Assembly: GCA_008690995.1 (NCBI GenBank) | Contig: VRMN01000008.1 | Coordinates: 62,001-126,000, forward strand | DNA from: Porphyridium purpureum | Taxonomy: Eukaryota | Direction of reading: 5' to 3' | DNA length: 64,000 bases | Shown: piece after piece, positions 33,958 through 45,582 of the stretch | How the letters are laid out: each line of letters opens with the position of its first letter | Numbering within the stretch: the first letter of the stretch is position 1 | Translations under genes and position numbers: made by a program | Notes under the pieces: model-generated | The model's input: the letters and a program-made list of their open reading frames with translations, nothing else | The model's database searches: none | Told to the model about the DNA's origin: nothing

Positions 33958-34638
33958 TTACTTCTGTGTGGACAACGCCTGGAGCCTTGCCTCGAGACTG
34001 GTGTCCTCGGCGGATGAGGCTTGCGCCGTTGCTTGAGCGGGGGTGCCGTATTTGGTGCCGTCAAACAGCATGTTCTGATATTCGAGCGCGTTCGCAGTGC
34101 CCACCTGTTTCAGAAGGTCGTCCACCTGGTTTTGCGGGGTCGACATGGCTGTGGTGTCACTGATCGCGCCGTCCATATACTTTGCCGTCATATCGAGGTC
34201 TTCGAACTGCTTTTCAAATGTGTCCATGGTCCTAGCAATCTTTTCCACATCCATCGCTTCCAAAGCGCCGCCCAGTGCCAACGTGACGTCTGACATCTGC
34301 CCAGTGACCTGCTGCATCTTCATTTGTCCGTCCAGCTTTGATGCCACTGCATCCAGGCGACTGGCCAGCTTGAGGTACGTGAGCGCCTGATTCTCCTGCC
34401 GAATGGCGTTCTCTGCAAAAATGCGCGCGCCCTCCACGTTCTGCTTGGCCATTGCGTCGCGGCACTTTTTCTTCTCCTTCTCCACATCCTTCTCCGCCTT
34501 CTGCGACATGCGCGCCAGCTGCTTTGCAGTGAAACGCATGTTGAACACCGTATCCTCTAGCGACGGCGCCGGCTTGGCCTTGGCCGCAGACGCAGCCGGC
34601 GCCGGTGCTTCCTTCTTGCTCTTCCCGAACAACCCCAT
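33958..34638 (-). CDS. CHMP1: ESCRT-III-associated CHMP1/Vps46/Did2
   Basis: FNMRFTAKQL, NVEGARIFAENAIRQ, LASRLDAVASK, MDTFEKQFEDLD, TPQNQVDDLL, and C-terminal MIM LEARLQAL. Confidence 0.95.
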   Translation of the reverse strand: MGLFGKSKKEAPAPAASAAKAKPAPSLEDTVFNMRFTAKQLARMSQKAEKDVEKEKKKCRDAMAKQNVEGARIFAENAIRQENQALTYLKLASRLDAVASKLDGQMKMQQVTGQMSDVTLALGGALEAMDVEKIARTMDTFEKQFEDLDMTAKYMDGAISDTTAMSTPQNQVDDLLKQVGTANALEYQNMLFDGTKYGTPAQATAQASSAEDTSLEARLQALSTQK

Positions 34639-36652
34639 CCTCTCTATGCAACGCCACTGCTGTTCTCCTCCCGCCTCCCTCACCTCCACCCCTTCCTTCA
34701 CACCAATCCCACTCTCCACTCACCACTCTTCTTCTCACACACACCTCTTCTCCACCTCCTTCCTACAAGAGTTTCCCCCCTCTCCTTTCCCGTTCTTGCC
34801 GTTCGCTCTTTCTGCCTGCGCAGTCTTCCTATCTAGATGATCTCTTTTCCTGTATGCACGCGCACCGATTTCGGTCGAAACCGGTAGTGGTTGGGTGTCG
34901 CTGCTGGTGTGAAGGATTCGTGTCGTTGACCCACTCGCGTCAGAAAGATAATCGCACACACGGACGCTATTTTGGAGTCGATAAGGAAGAACGACATAGA
35001 CGCAGACACTTGCACACGGGCAAGTGACCGCGATGCTGGGCATGGCGTGAGCGGCACGACACGCATCGAACACAACGGGATGGCTTTCGAGCTTCAGAGT
35101 TCAGTGGGGACTTGCGGTGATCGAGCAGCGCTGGCGGTGCGCCGAAGCGAGCCGGTCGGGCGAGCGGTTTGAAGCCTCATTTTCTCCTCGCAATCGGGGT
35201 CATGGTTTGCGCGCTGCGGCCGTCGACGTCGACGCAGCGCGGCTTTAGAAAATGCGTTCAGGTCCTCTGTCCGGCACGCTCCGTTTAGTTTCTGGATAAG
35301 GGGGAACAGGTGTGTCTGATCAAGTGGGTTGCTCGGGGCCATCTACGCTTGTCTCAAGTCCGGCTAGGTTGACCTGTTTGTGCCTGAGTGAAACGCGTGA
35401 GGATTCACATTCTTTCAGCGGTCTTTCGACCCTCACAGCTCTTGTCTTCAGTCCAGCGGTTAGCTGTCCCTTCTCGTTGATGCGGCATACGACCGCCGAA
35501 GCCTCAAATGCTCAACGCACGAAAGTCCACGACCGGCATGCACGCAAAATCAAGTGAAGGCCTCCTCCCCTTCCGCTCAACCCTTCTGGGAATAGTCAAA
35601 CTCTGCCTCCTTCTTCACGGGCGCCTACTCGCATCCTTCTTTCCCTTCGCCTTGTCACAAGAATATCCGGCACATCACACTTCTGTGCTGGCTTAACACT
35701 CACGCACGCACGATTCTATGCGTGGTGCAGTACATCTTTTTCAAATTCTCGGGCTGCGCAGTCGGGTCAATCTCATCACTGCGGCAGCTCAGCGGACGCC
35801 GCCATGTTCCGACGCCAATAAGTATTGGTCTCTTGACACACTCGACCATGGATCAGCCCGTCTGCATCTAGCTCGAGGCCTGCAACACGTATCCACCGCC
35901 ACGCCCCTTTTGAGAAAAAAGAAGGGTGAGAGAGGTACAGTGTAGATGTACAGTGTAGGTGTACTGTGGGTGTACAGCGAATGTGAACGCGATCAAAGTT
36001 GTAAGAAGTGGAACAAAGAGGCTGGCGTCCGCGCGTGTATGGAAGACAAAAAGTGTGAAAAGGTGAAGGAGCCGGTTGTACATGCGAGCGCTGTGAGAAA
36101 CGGCGCGCGGAAGGGGGTCGCCGCATTGCAGATTGGTGCGGGGTGGTCGGTTGGACGAGGCTGTGATGAGCGCAGGGCACCGTGAAGAGCTTGTGTTTGC
36201 GTCGGATTGTGTGCGCGTGCGTGGGTGGGTGGGTGGGAGGGTCTTGCGTGGGAGTTTTCGTGAATGGGAGCGGAAGGCATCGGTGGCAGTGGGGTGGTGA
36301 GGCGTCGGTCTGTGCGGGCGCTGCGAACGGCCTGTTGACGTAAATGATGGGCGTTGCTGATTGGTACACGCATGGATCGACACACGATGGATTGCGTATG
36401 CTGCATGTGCACATGGACATGCGCTTGGTCTGTAGATGTGGGAGTGCGCCCGCGAAAAAGTGGCGCGTTCGGGTTATTGCGCAGGACGCGACCGCCATGC
36501 GGCTTGCGCAGAAGTGGATGCACACATATGAACACTTTAGGATCGGCCCCTGGCCGCGAATTTATCGCCCGCTTTTGTTGCGCGCGGCGTCTCCTGTTGA
36601 GAGACCGCTCGATGCCGAGTGCCCCATTGCCGATACCGCGCGCACTGCCAGT

Positions 36653-37788
36653 ATGCCGGACCCAGATTCTGGCAAATCGTACTGGCGCGAAATGTTCAGC
36701 CAGTTTGCAGCGGGCGCTTTCTCCGGCTTTGCGATCACAGTGCTGTTCAACCCATTGGACGTCATCAAGACGAGGTATGTTTGCTCGGTTCTTGGGTTCT
36801 GCTGCTCAAACCTTGATGCTCAGAAGGTTTTCCCAACGTTCCTTCCCATTTTCAAACCCTTTGTTGCGCACGCATGTGGACGCTCTGAGCCAACCATGGG
36901 ACACTTTTCTGACTCGTTTCTCCTCCTTTTTCGTTTGTTCTCTGCTTGACTGCATGAGTATGATGCTTCTTGTCTGTTCGTTTTTGATTTCATTCGGCAC
37001 ACAGGATCCAAGTACAGAGCAAGCGGCCCGAGCCCGGTGCCCCGCGGACAACGATGCAAGTCATTGCCCACCTTTATCGGACAGAGGGTGGCGCAGGCTT
37101 CTACAAAGGGCTGAATGCGAGCTTATGGGCACTGGTACCGACCTGGGCGGTTTACTGGTTCTCGTACGAGCGCTTCAAATCCACTCTGGGACCAAATCTG
37201 GGCGTGGAGTCTGTACACGTGAATAATATGCTCGCCGCAGTCGGAGCCGGTACTGTGACTACCTTTATGACATCACCGTTCTGGATCGTCAAGACACGGA
37301 TGCAGGTCGAACTTGCTCTGGGTGAGAACCGGGAGTATCCCACACTTTTCAAGTCGTTGCGGAAGATCGTGAGTGAGGAGAGCGTCTGGGCGCTGTATCG
37401 CGGCCTTGTTCCTTCGCTGTTGGGTCTCTTGCACGTCGGCATTCAGTTTCCTGTGTACGAGGAGATGAAGCGTTGGCTTGCGATTCAAAACCCGGACTCC
37501 CATTTTCTCAATGTTATGGCGGCAAGCTCGTGCTCAAAAGTAATCGCCACCGTGATTGCCTATCCACACGAGGTACTTCGTTCGAGACTCCAGGCCAGCA
37601 GCTCACCGATGAAAGGCATCCGCTCCGACTTTTCTCGGATGCTAGTCATATGCAAAGACATATACTGCATGTTTGGACCCAGCGGTTTCTACAATGGGTT
37701 GTTTGCGAATCTCATTCGCACGATCCCTGCGACATGCTTGACCTTTTGTACATATGAGTTCGCGCGGAAGTATTTGGCAATACCATGA
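36653..37788 (+). CDS. Mitochondrial carrier, NAD+ transporter (NDT1/2-like); exons 36653-36774 and 37005-37788
   Basis: Three carrier signatures: PLDVIKTR|IQ (formed by splicing), PFWIVKTRMQ and YPHEVLRSRLQ. ALVPTWAVYW and GLLHVGIQFPVYE resemble the NDT/folate-carrier subfamily. Confidence 0.9.
36775..37004 (+). other. Spliceosomal intron (230 nt, phase 2) in the NDT-like carrier
   Basis: AG|GTATGT donor and ACACAG|G acceptor after a pyrimidine-rich tract; splicing restores the frame into ORF 37054-37788. Confidence 0.9.
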
Positions 37789-37944
37789 AGCTCTTGCACG
37801 CCCTAAAAGAGCAAGGTGGGCCCCTCGCGATCGGGTATTCTTTGTAAATACAGGAAGAGATCACGAAAAAGACAAGCGATTTACTCTACGAACGAGATGA
37901 GGCGAAGTACAAAGGAGAGTGCGACCGCGTCTTCTGACACGCCT

Positions 37945-39051
37945 CTACAAGAGCATCTCTTGCAGCAGCCAAAAGCCATCAACTTCATCACTTTCCTCGT
38001 CCTTCTGTACGGCTACAAAATGAAGACCATTCAGGTCATTCTTACGACGCTCGAATTCGCGCGCTTCGTCGACAATGCTCGGCACCACACGCCCGAACAA
38101 ATAGCTTGTGTCGAGGTCACACTGAACCAGAATCTCCCGCTTCTTCATATCTGCCGAAATGCACGACAGTTCGAGACCGCTCATCCATGCGGCGATCGGT
38201 GTGGCGCGCTTCGAGTAGATGACGAGACCTGGGATAAGCTCGTCATCTTTCAGCTCGCTGTCAACAGGGCACAACTCTCCAAAGTCGAGCTCCAGCTTGC
38301 TAAACTCTTTCAGTAGCGCATAAGGCAGTTGCACAAATGCGTAGCGTTCACCCCGAAGTGCGTCCGGGAGCTTTTCAGAAATGCTAACGTTCAGCTGCAT
38401 GTCTGGCCGCAGAGACTCCCGATAGCCGGGCATAGCAGGGTACACGTTTTTATCGCGATGTCGCTGCAACGCAAACAAGGAGTACGTCCGGCGCGACGGC
38501 TTGACGACCACGTCAAACTCAGACAGGGCGATGCTGATCATGTTTCTCATAGCGCCGCGGAAAAAGCGGATCACTTTAGGCTTGGTCTGTGCGCGTTCAA
38601 TGACGGCAGCCACCCGCTTGCGCAGCTCGGTAGAGTTGACGCTCGAGCTCGGCACTTGCTCGACATGCTCCAGGACTCCATCCTTGTCTGTAATCAGCAG
38701 CTCCCAAATCTTCTTCCCATCCTCGCCCAGCACAGGCCGCGAGTAAAAGTCGAGTTCCCACGTCTCACTTGGCTTTGGCAGTTCGACGAGCGGGGACGAA
38801 GATCCCGCCGGAGACCCGGCCACCTGGTCCGACCTGCTCTTCTTCCTCTGCGTCCTTGACGTCACACGCCCATTATTGCAGTTCCGCCATCGCCCAACTC
38901 CGTGTCGCATTCGCCCATTGGCGAACACCTGCTGCTCTGCAGATCCCTCCACAGAACGCATCACCGCGCGCTGCGTGCATAACGCGGCGCATCGCGACGC
39001 CGTCCCCGCGTCCCGCGACGACACGCCAACCACAAACCCAATCGCTTCCAT
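37945..39051 (-). CDS. TAB2: Tab2/ATAB2 plastid RNA-binding protein (photosystem biogenesis)
   Basis: WELDFYSRPVL..DGKKIWELL, IRFFR, PSRRT, LPDALRGE, IPGLVIYSKRATPIAAWMSGLE, GLHFVAVQ...GFWLL. Transit peptide begins MEAIGFV. Confidence 0.95.
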   Translation of the reverse strand: MEAIGFVVGVSSRDAGTASRCAALCTQRAVMRSVEGSAEQQVFANGRMRHGVGRWRNCNNGRVTSRTQRKKSRSDQVAGSPAGSSSPLVELPKPSETWELDFYSRPVLGEDGKKIWELLITDKDGVLEHVEQVPSSSVNSTELRKRVAAVIERAQTKPKVIRFFRGAMRNMISIALSEFDVVVKPSRRTYSLFALQRHRDKNVYPAMPGYRESLRPDMQLNVSISEKLPDALRGERYAFVQLPYALLKEFSKLELDFGELCPVDSELKDDELIPGLVIYSKRATPIAAWMSGLELSCISADMKKREILVQCDLDTSYLFGRVVPSIVDEAREFERRKNDLNGLHFVAVQKDEESDEVDGFWLLQEMLL

Positions 39052-39127
39052 CTTCTTCTTCCTAGCCTCTGCACAACCCGTGCCCCCCACCTCCAAGCCA
39101 ATCGGCCGGAGCTCACCAGTCTGAACT

Positions 39128-39190
39128 GTACTCTGAGTACACTAGAGGTACAGATTAAGTACATTAAATTACTGTACCTCCATTAATTAA
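39128..39190. promoter_or_regulatory. Cluster of five GTAC-core motifs plus TTAATTAA in the TAB2/pebB divergent promoter
   Basis: GTAC at 39128, 39137, 39148, 39159 and 39174; GAGGTACAG at 39145 and its reverse complement at 39172; TTAATTAA at 39183. Function is inferred only. Confidence 0.55.
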
Positions 39191-39413
39191 CTTCTCGGAG
39201 ATTTTTTCCCGCTGCGGGGTTTTTTTTTCAGCCTTTTTTCTCGCGGAGGCCGACGTTCGAGAGTGTGAGCTCGGCAGTGAAGGGAGCGAGAGAGAGCGAG
39301 AGAGAAAGGTGAAGGGAGAGACTGACCGCTGGCATCGTGGGTGGCTTCGTTCTTGCGTTAGATTGGAGCCAGTGCTGGAGTCAAGCGTGAACGGTCTTGT
39401 GAATGACATTGGC

Positions 39414-40391
39414 ATGATGCCGTGCTTTGTGTTCACGCCGTTGTGGTTGTCGAGGACGGCGCCTTGCGCTGCCGGCGCGCAGCGGGTGACGGCTGAGCGC
39501 CCGGGATTCTGCGTGCATCGCGGCCAGGCGGCGTGTGGAAGGCATGGAAGGGCGCTGCGTGTGCGGATGAGTGTGGATGCAAAAGAGCAGGACGAGAAAG
39601 TGCAACAGGCCGCGCCGGCGAACTCGAACGACATCTACAGCAAGTTTTGGGAGCATGCGGACGCCACCATGAAGCAGCGGCTTGGGTCGGAGCTCAAAGA
39701 CTATCCGATTCCAGAAGGCTTTGAGTGGAAAGAGGCCATCACGGGCAAGGGTCAACGCACGCAGTGGGTGACCACCAAGAGTTACGCGTATCAGACGCCC
39801 AAGCTGCGGCAGATTCGTGCTGCGCACGTGCAGGGCGGCAAGGCGCTGCAAGTGCTTAATTACGTCATTTTCCCGCATATGAACTACGATGTGCCATTTT
39901 TTGGCGCCGATCTTGTCACGCTGCCGGGCGGGCACCTGATTGCGCTTGACATGCAGCCGCTTTTCCATACGGACGAGTACCGCGAAAAGTACTCGAAACC
40001 GCTCATGGAAACCTTCCAAAAGTACAAGGCGCAACTTGAATGGGGTGGCGATTTCCCCGAGGAAGCCGCGCAGTACTTCTCACCCTGCTTCCTGTGGACA
40101 AGGCCGGGCGACAACGAGACCGTCGACACAGTTGTGTTTGACGCATTCAAGGACTATCTCAACATTTACTTGGACATTGTTCAGAACGCGCCAAAGATCA
40201 CAGACCCAGTGGAGCTTGACAAGATTCGCGAGCGCCAAATATCCTACCTCAAGTACCGAGCCGAAAAAGATCCGGCTCGCGGCATGTTTTTGCGCTTCTA
40301 TGGTGAGCAATGGACCGAGGAATACATTCACGGCTTTCTATTTGATCTAGAGGAGAAAATGGCCAAGGGAGAGTACACGTTGCCAGTCTAG
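39414..40391 (+). CDS. pebB: Phycoerythrobilin:ferredoxin oxidoreductase, plastid-targeted
   Basis: [67 protein letters not shown] and [26 protein letters not shown] are the PebB subfamily of bilin reductases. Confidence 0.95.
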   Translation: MMPCFVFTPLWLSRTAPCAAGAQRVTAERPGFCVHRGQAACGRHGRALRVRMSVDAKEQDEKVQQAAPANSNDIYSKFWEHADATMKQRLGSELKDYPIPEGFEWKEAITGKGQRTQWVTTKSYAYQTPKLRQIRAAHVQGGKALQVLNYVIFPHMNYDVPFFGADLVTLPGGHLIALDMQPLFHTDEYREKYSKPLMETFQKYKAQLEWGGDFPEEAAQYFSPCFLWTRPGDNETVDTVVFDAFKDYLNIYLDIVQNAPKITDPVELDKIRERQISYLKYRAEKDPARGMFLRFYGEQWTEEYIHGFLFDLEEKMAKGEYTLPV

Positions 40392-40526
40392 ATAAGGAAG
40401 TATCGATCTCGGTGCGGGCATCGTCTTTGTCACTCGTGATACAACAGGCAGGAGGAAAAAAAAAGTTGATTCGTGGAATTTCGTTGACGAATACGCTACG
40501 AAGCACCACTCAAAAATTGCTTGTCG

Positions 40527-41248
40527 TCATCTCTTAATAGCGATGCCCATGTTATTTGCCTGGCCCACAATCATTTTGCACAGGCCTCGGAGTGGCATGT
40601 GCTTCAGTCGGACATCGTGTTCCTTTTTGTACTTGGCAATTTCGTACACCATTTTGAGGGGCAGCTGTGAAGACCGAGGAGCAAGTGCAATCATGAAGGG
40701 GAAAAATACCAGACAAGCAATGAGTTAGCACATGCGTCTCTTTCGACATGCGATCTACACTGGAGAGCCTGGGAAAAGCCAGTCCATACAAGTTACAGAT
40801 AAAGGATTAACATACCGTCCCCACAATCTCTTTGCCTGGCTTGTTCGCACCCTTATCCACGCCAGCACATCCTTTGATGAAGTGTGATGTCTGTCATGCG
40901 CAGCGTTAAGAAAGGAAAGCAGAAAGAAAGAGGTTCGAGTCAGATACCGAACTGGTCACGCTGCGACAAAGGCACAGAGCTGCAATCCCTGCATACACAC
41001 ACCACTTCCATTCAACTTACCGGGGGCGTAAAGACGCGGAACTCATAAGTGCGATCTGTATACGCATAAATCTTCGTCGTGAGCGGGATCCCGTCCTTGA
41101 CATCCTTGACCCTGTCGTTGAACTCTTTGCAAAACTGCATGATGGGTAAACCCAGCTGCCCCAAGCGCGGGCCAACCGGAGGAGATGGTGCGGCCTTTCC
41201 GGCGGGCACCACGAACTTTAGCACCATCTTGATCGTCTTGTCCGTCAT
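40527..41248 (-). CDS. MRPL11: Mitochondrial ribosomal protein L11 (uL11m), 146 aa; exons 41248-41021, 40890-40816 and 40664-40527
   Basis: AGKAAPSPPVGPRLGQLGL.IMQFCKEFN...FTPP|TSHFIKGCAGVDKGANKPGKEIVGT|LPLKMVYEIAKYKK...GQANNMGI; both junctions are GT-AG and phase 0. Confidence 0.93.
40665..40815 (-). other. MRPL11 intron 2 (151 nt)
   Basis: GTATGT donor, GCTAAC branch site, TCACAG acceptor. Confidence 0.9.
40891..41020 (-). other. MRPL11 intron 1 (130 nt)
   Basis: GTAAGT donor, CTTAAC branch-like site, ACAG acceptor. Confidence 0.9.
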
Positions 41249-41466
41249 TGCATCGGCGCCCTTTCTTCCCCGCTCCAGTTCCGCTTCTGTACCTCTACGT
41301 CTAGCTTTCCGGTTTGTCCAACTTTATCATCAAAATCGGGGATTTCACTGCGAAATCTGCACCTCACAGAGCTGGCATGAGGTGAAGACGGAACACGTCT
41401 GTGCACATGTTTGCGACGCTCATTGGTTCTCTCACGAGACAGACGCAGTACAAAGGACACGTTTAC

Positions 41467-42516
41467 TCACACGCGTGACCCTTGATGCAGCACGTGCTGC
41501 AGCAAATGCGCATGTGCGTCCGGCACACTGCGGAACGTGGGGAAATAGTTAACGTCAAGAACTGCGTATCGACCTGTGCGTTCATCCTTTGCAATGTCAA
41601 TGCCCAGAAGACTGAGCTTTGAATGCGCCTGGATGCGCATAACAAGGTCCTGTATAATCTGCATGGATGGCACCTCGAGTGAAGCAGGCCTACCTGCGTT
41701 CGCAATGTGGTCGCCAAATTCCTCGATGGAGGGATGCGCGTTGAGTGTTTCTTTCTGGTCCTGACTGTTGATCACGAAAACCGCGGGCCAACTATGAGCT
41801 TCCAAAGTAAAGGAGCGACGCGGTTCAACGTGATACACGCGTTCACCAATGCTGTACACCTTGAAGACGACGCTCGAGTGAGGAACCCAATCCTGCAGCA
41901 CTATACCGTCGCCAAATGCGCTGCGACGTATGCCGTCATTGTCCCTAGTGCGTATGTGCTCTCGCGCAACTTTGACGAGACCCTCGATATCGCTCACCAC
42001 GCGGATCAAGTGCGACCACGAGGTACCGCACGCGACACGCGTTTTCACCGTCACAGGAAACGAGACATTTTCTATTTGCATGCGGCGCGCTATCTGCTCT
42101 GCCGACTCTGTTCGCGCATCCACAGCCATCCAAGGAACACGCTGCAATGCGGGAGGTTCCACACCTGCTGCAAGTGCCGTGTCCAACATAGTGTACATGC
42201 GCTGCCTATCGATCATATCCTCGACTGCAGATATCGCGTCCACGACCACGTCACATTGGTCCAGCGCCGCGCGAAAGACGCGCACGCGTTGCTCCGCGGC
42301 CACGTCGCCCAGTTGCGCGGCAACCAAATCGTCCGTCCGCTTGTGCACACAGAACGTTCGATGCGCATGCACGTCGTCAGCTTTCCTCCACTGCTCCAAG
42401 TCGACCAAGCGAATACTCTGCTGCTCGCAAACTTTGGACATGTCCTCGAAGAAAGTCCGCTGCTTCTTTGCGTTGCTCGAGTAGCAGAGAACTATGGTTT
42501 CTGCGTCTGGCGTCAT
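41467..42516 (-). CDS. ITPK1: Inositol-tetrakisphosphate 1-kinase / Ins(1,3,4)P3 5/6-kinase (ATP-grasp)
   Basis: VHKRTD, DRQRMY, FPVTVKTRVACGT..SH, VLQDWVPHSSVVFKVY.IG, R.SF, LSLLGIDI, YAVLDVNYFPTF. Confidence 0.9.
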   Translation of the reverse strand: MTPDAETIVLCYSSNAKKQRTFFEDMSKVCEQQSIRLVDLEQWRKADDVHAHRTFCVHKRTDDLVAAQLGDVAAEQRVRVFRAALDQCDVVVDAISAVEDMIDRQRMYTMLDTALAAGVEPPALQRVPWMAVDARTESAEQIARRMQIENVSFPVTVKTRVACGTSWSHLIRVVSDIEGLVKVAREHIRTRDNDGIRRSAFGDGIVLQDWVPHSSVVFKVYSIGERVYHVEPRRSFTLEAHSWPAVFVINSQDQKETLNAHPSIEEFGDHIANAGRPASLEVPSMQIIQDLVMRIQAHSKLSLLGIDIAKDERTGRYAVLDVNYFPTFRSVPDAHAHLLQHVLHQGSRV

Positions 42517-43192
42517 TTCGTCGAGGCTCAGCCGGTCCCGCAAGTTCTCGGGTTAACTTGGGATAACAAGGCGACCCGAAGAAGTAATGCGTCGCCGCGC
42601 TGTTATGCCTGCGCACTCAGCAGTCCAGGCTGTATTCTTTTTACGCATCAACCCTTCATCGCATCCATCCGTTCCACGATGCAGTGCGCTAATGCAAGGG
42701 TTGAGCCTGCTTCACAAATAGCGAACTGTACCGCTGTTCCTTCAACCAAGACCGGGACCGGCACTGAGCTCGTCGGCAACGACAGCACCAGACGTCAGGC
42801 GCCTCGACTTTGGTTTCTCTCATACATGTGGAGAGCCGCGCACGTGCCGATATGGTTGGGTGTACGATGGCGGCAGCCCCTGGTGGCTTGTCGTGGACGC
42901 GTCATATTGTGTCATAGTCTGTCGCAATGGCACGAAACGCCGACCGCGGTCATTGCGCCACGTGAGATGGAGTGACGCAAGTGTCACCCGTGGATAGGGC
43001 CGTTTCGTGGGGTGCAAGCTGGTGTGGGGCGAGACTGCGACGGGACACACGCCGGCGCACGAGTCTGGACGACAAGGTGAACGGCATGCATTCGTGATTG
43101 AGGGCGGTGCACAAGCGCGACTTTCCAGACGGCCGTTGGTCTCGGGCGGCCTTTGCTGCTGGTCTGCGAGTCAGCTCGAGAGCGCGCTACGA

Positions 43193-43227
43193 CGTGCCGT
43201 GCGTGCCGTGCGTGCCGTGCGTGCCGT
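43193..43227 (+). repeat. 9-bp tandem repeat (CGTGCCGTG, about 4 copies), intergenic
   Basis: Read directly from the sequence. Confidence 0.85.
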
Positions 43228-44572
43228 CGGCGTCGTCAGGTCGTGCGGACGCACGGACGGGCAGACAGTCGCGAACGAGTTTGGGCCGCAAACTGTACCT
43301 CTAACTGTACACGTTCGAAGCGTCGAAATTGCTGGGAGGTACAGTGTTTACACCCTCCCCGCTACTTCCAGTCCGCGTCTACTTCACCGCGTGGATTGTG
43401 ACGGTGGCATAAAGCGTTTGTGGGAACGATGTACATGTATGAAGGATGCCAGTCTGGGAGTGTCATCCCCCTTGCGGTCTGAACGTGGTTATCGACACAC
43501 AAATCTAAACACGTATACGCACAAAATCTTGTTCGTAGACGTCTACGAGCCCCGAAGTCGCCTGAAGAATGTGGCACTCTGCTTGATCCTCATTTGAGTC
43601 GCAAATGGTGTGCCACGGTGTCAGCCAGCACGATTTATGCGTGTTTTTGATACACAGCGGCGCGGTACTGATGTAACGCGAGCATGCCGGGGCGTATTGG
43701 TGGAAGGAATGTCTAGAGGCAGCGCCGGTTCCACGCTGCCGTCTGGCGCATCGTCATGTCGTATACATAGACCGAACCCGTTTGTATGCGAGAAATACGG
43801 ACACGCTGTCGCTGAATAACATGTCATGTCAATATACAACGCGTCGCGCGTACTCCTCGGTGAATGTTGGCACGTCGCAGGTGACTTTGCGACGCTCGTT
43901 CAAACGTATCGGGTCGTGGAATAATAAGGCAACAAAAGGTGCCATGTGCCTGTTTGATTCCATGCGCTGTGATAATCAATCAACAACGGTCTTGCATCAC
44001 GCACACGCAGCTGAATTGTGCGTTGGACACCAAGCGCAGACACTCGGTTCCACGCGCTGTGGCACGAAGCATCAAATTCAAGCTTAGGAGTCTGATTCAT
44101 GAAGCTCACATGTGCTGCGTCCAAGTGTGGCGTGTCTTATGTGCCAGATATTCCGTCTTAGATATTATGGGCACGCTGCGGATTGCTTGGCTGCTTTCCT
44201 TTCGCCAACATTTCGAGCTGCGGAACCATGCACCACAATGCGACGGAAGGTGCCATCGATCTGTGTAGCTTTCCGATCGATCCCACACGGTATCCCCTGT
44301 CGTGCAGATGTCCAGAGTAGAGCTGTGAACAAGTATTTCTATGATGGCACGCGCAAAAAAGAACTTCCACACCGAAGCACATGATGGGGTCAGCGCGCAT
44401 CGGCGACGTGTAGCATGCTCGCAAGAAGAGTGCAGGCCGCGCTCCACACGGGCGCACCGCGTGCGTTGAGACTCGCATGACACCGCGGTGTGTGGTGGCC
44501 TCGCAAGCAAAATGCAATAACAACTCGACAACCATCTTTCCGCATCGGGCGACGATGAGTGCAGACATCGTC

Positions 44573-44580
44573 TATAAAAG
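44573..44580 (+). promoter_or_regulatory. TATA-box-like element upstream of the secreted protein gene
   Basis: TATAAAAG about 165 nt upstream of ATG 44746, followed by a purine-rich leader. Confidence 0.5.
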
Positions 44581-44745
44581 CTGGTCCCGGCACAGGCTTC
44601 GGATAGTTCTTCGGGGACCAGAGGACCAGAGAACCAGCGGACCAGAGAAAAAGAAGGAGGAGGAAAGGAAGCGAGACAAGATCCCATTTGGAGAAGAAGA
44701 GGACAAAGAGGACAGAGGAAAGACGCAAGAGAATCGAGAGACAAG

Positions 44746-45582
44746 ATGATGCCAAAGGTGCTGATTCTACTTTTGCTCTTGGTCGGCGTGGCACGCGCCT
44801 CGCCGGTGTTCCGTGAGGCCGAGACTTGTGATACATGTGAGCAGGTTGGAATGTGCCTGGCAGATGGGAACTGCGACGAGCTCAAGAATGCAGTGATCAA
44901 TGTCGTCAAGGATTCAATGCTGCTGAAACGTGTTCGCGTCACGTCGTTCATGACGCCAGATATGCCGCAGCAGTGTGACGCGTTCATCGGCCGTACATTC
45001 CGCCTGACACTCGACGACGGCTACGCACTACTTGAGCACCCAGTGATGAAGGTAGAATGCGACTACTGCAACGACAACTCGGCGATCCTTCGCCAATTGC
45101 GCACGAACACAAATGCTCATTTCGTGCTGTCGATGGAGCCCCAGGCATTCGGCCTGCCATCAACCGCCATCAAGCATTTGACAACGGTGCCCTGTGTGGA
45201 TGATCCGAACGTGAATGTGCACCACAGGTGGGTGAGGGACGCGAATCTGTACTACTCGTACCTGACTCTGAACACCGAAGACGATGATATTCTGATTGTG
45301 GCCAACTTCCGCGACTTCTGGCATTGTGATCCCGGGTTTGATGTGACGACGCACACTGGTTATCTTCAGTACCAGGACTTCCTCATTGGCAGGGTGGGTG
45401 AGACGGTCGACTCAATGCATCATGGCATGACCCCGGGAGCTATGCGCAGGATCAGGGAGAAGAACTTTGACGACTGCAGCGAAGATGAGCTGATTAAGGC
45501 AGGTAACGGCAACGTGATTGGATGTCTGAAGATCTTGGACGAGGAAGTCTTGAGTAGGCCCAGGAGGAACGGAAGGCAGTAA
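44746..45582 (+). CDS. Hypothetical secreted Cys-rich protein (278 aa)
   Basis: Signal peptide MMPKVLILLLLLVGVARA|S, 11 Cys including two CxxC, GC3-rich codon usage. No family recognised. Confidence 0.8.
   Translation: MMPKVLILLLLLVGVARASPVFREAETCDTCEQVGMCLADGNCDELKNAVINVVKDSMLLKRVRVTSFMTPDMPQQCDAFIGRTFRLTLDDGYALLEHPVMKVECDYCNDNSAILRQLRTNTNAHFVLSMEPQAFGLPSTAIKHLTTVPCVDDPNVNVHHRWVRDANLYYSYLTLNTEDDDILIVANFRDFWHCDPGFDVTTHTGYLQYQDFLIGRVGETVDSMHHGMTPGAMRRIREKNFDDCSEDELIKAGNGNVIGCLKILDEEVLSRPRRNGRQ

Noticed and set aside
41707..42975. 422-aa plus-strand ORF
   Set aside because: Mostly antisense to ITPK1 with His/Arg-rich shadow composition and no domain.
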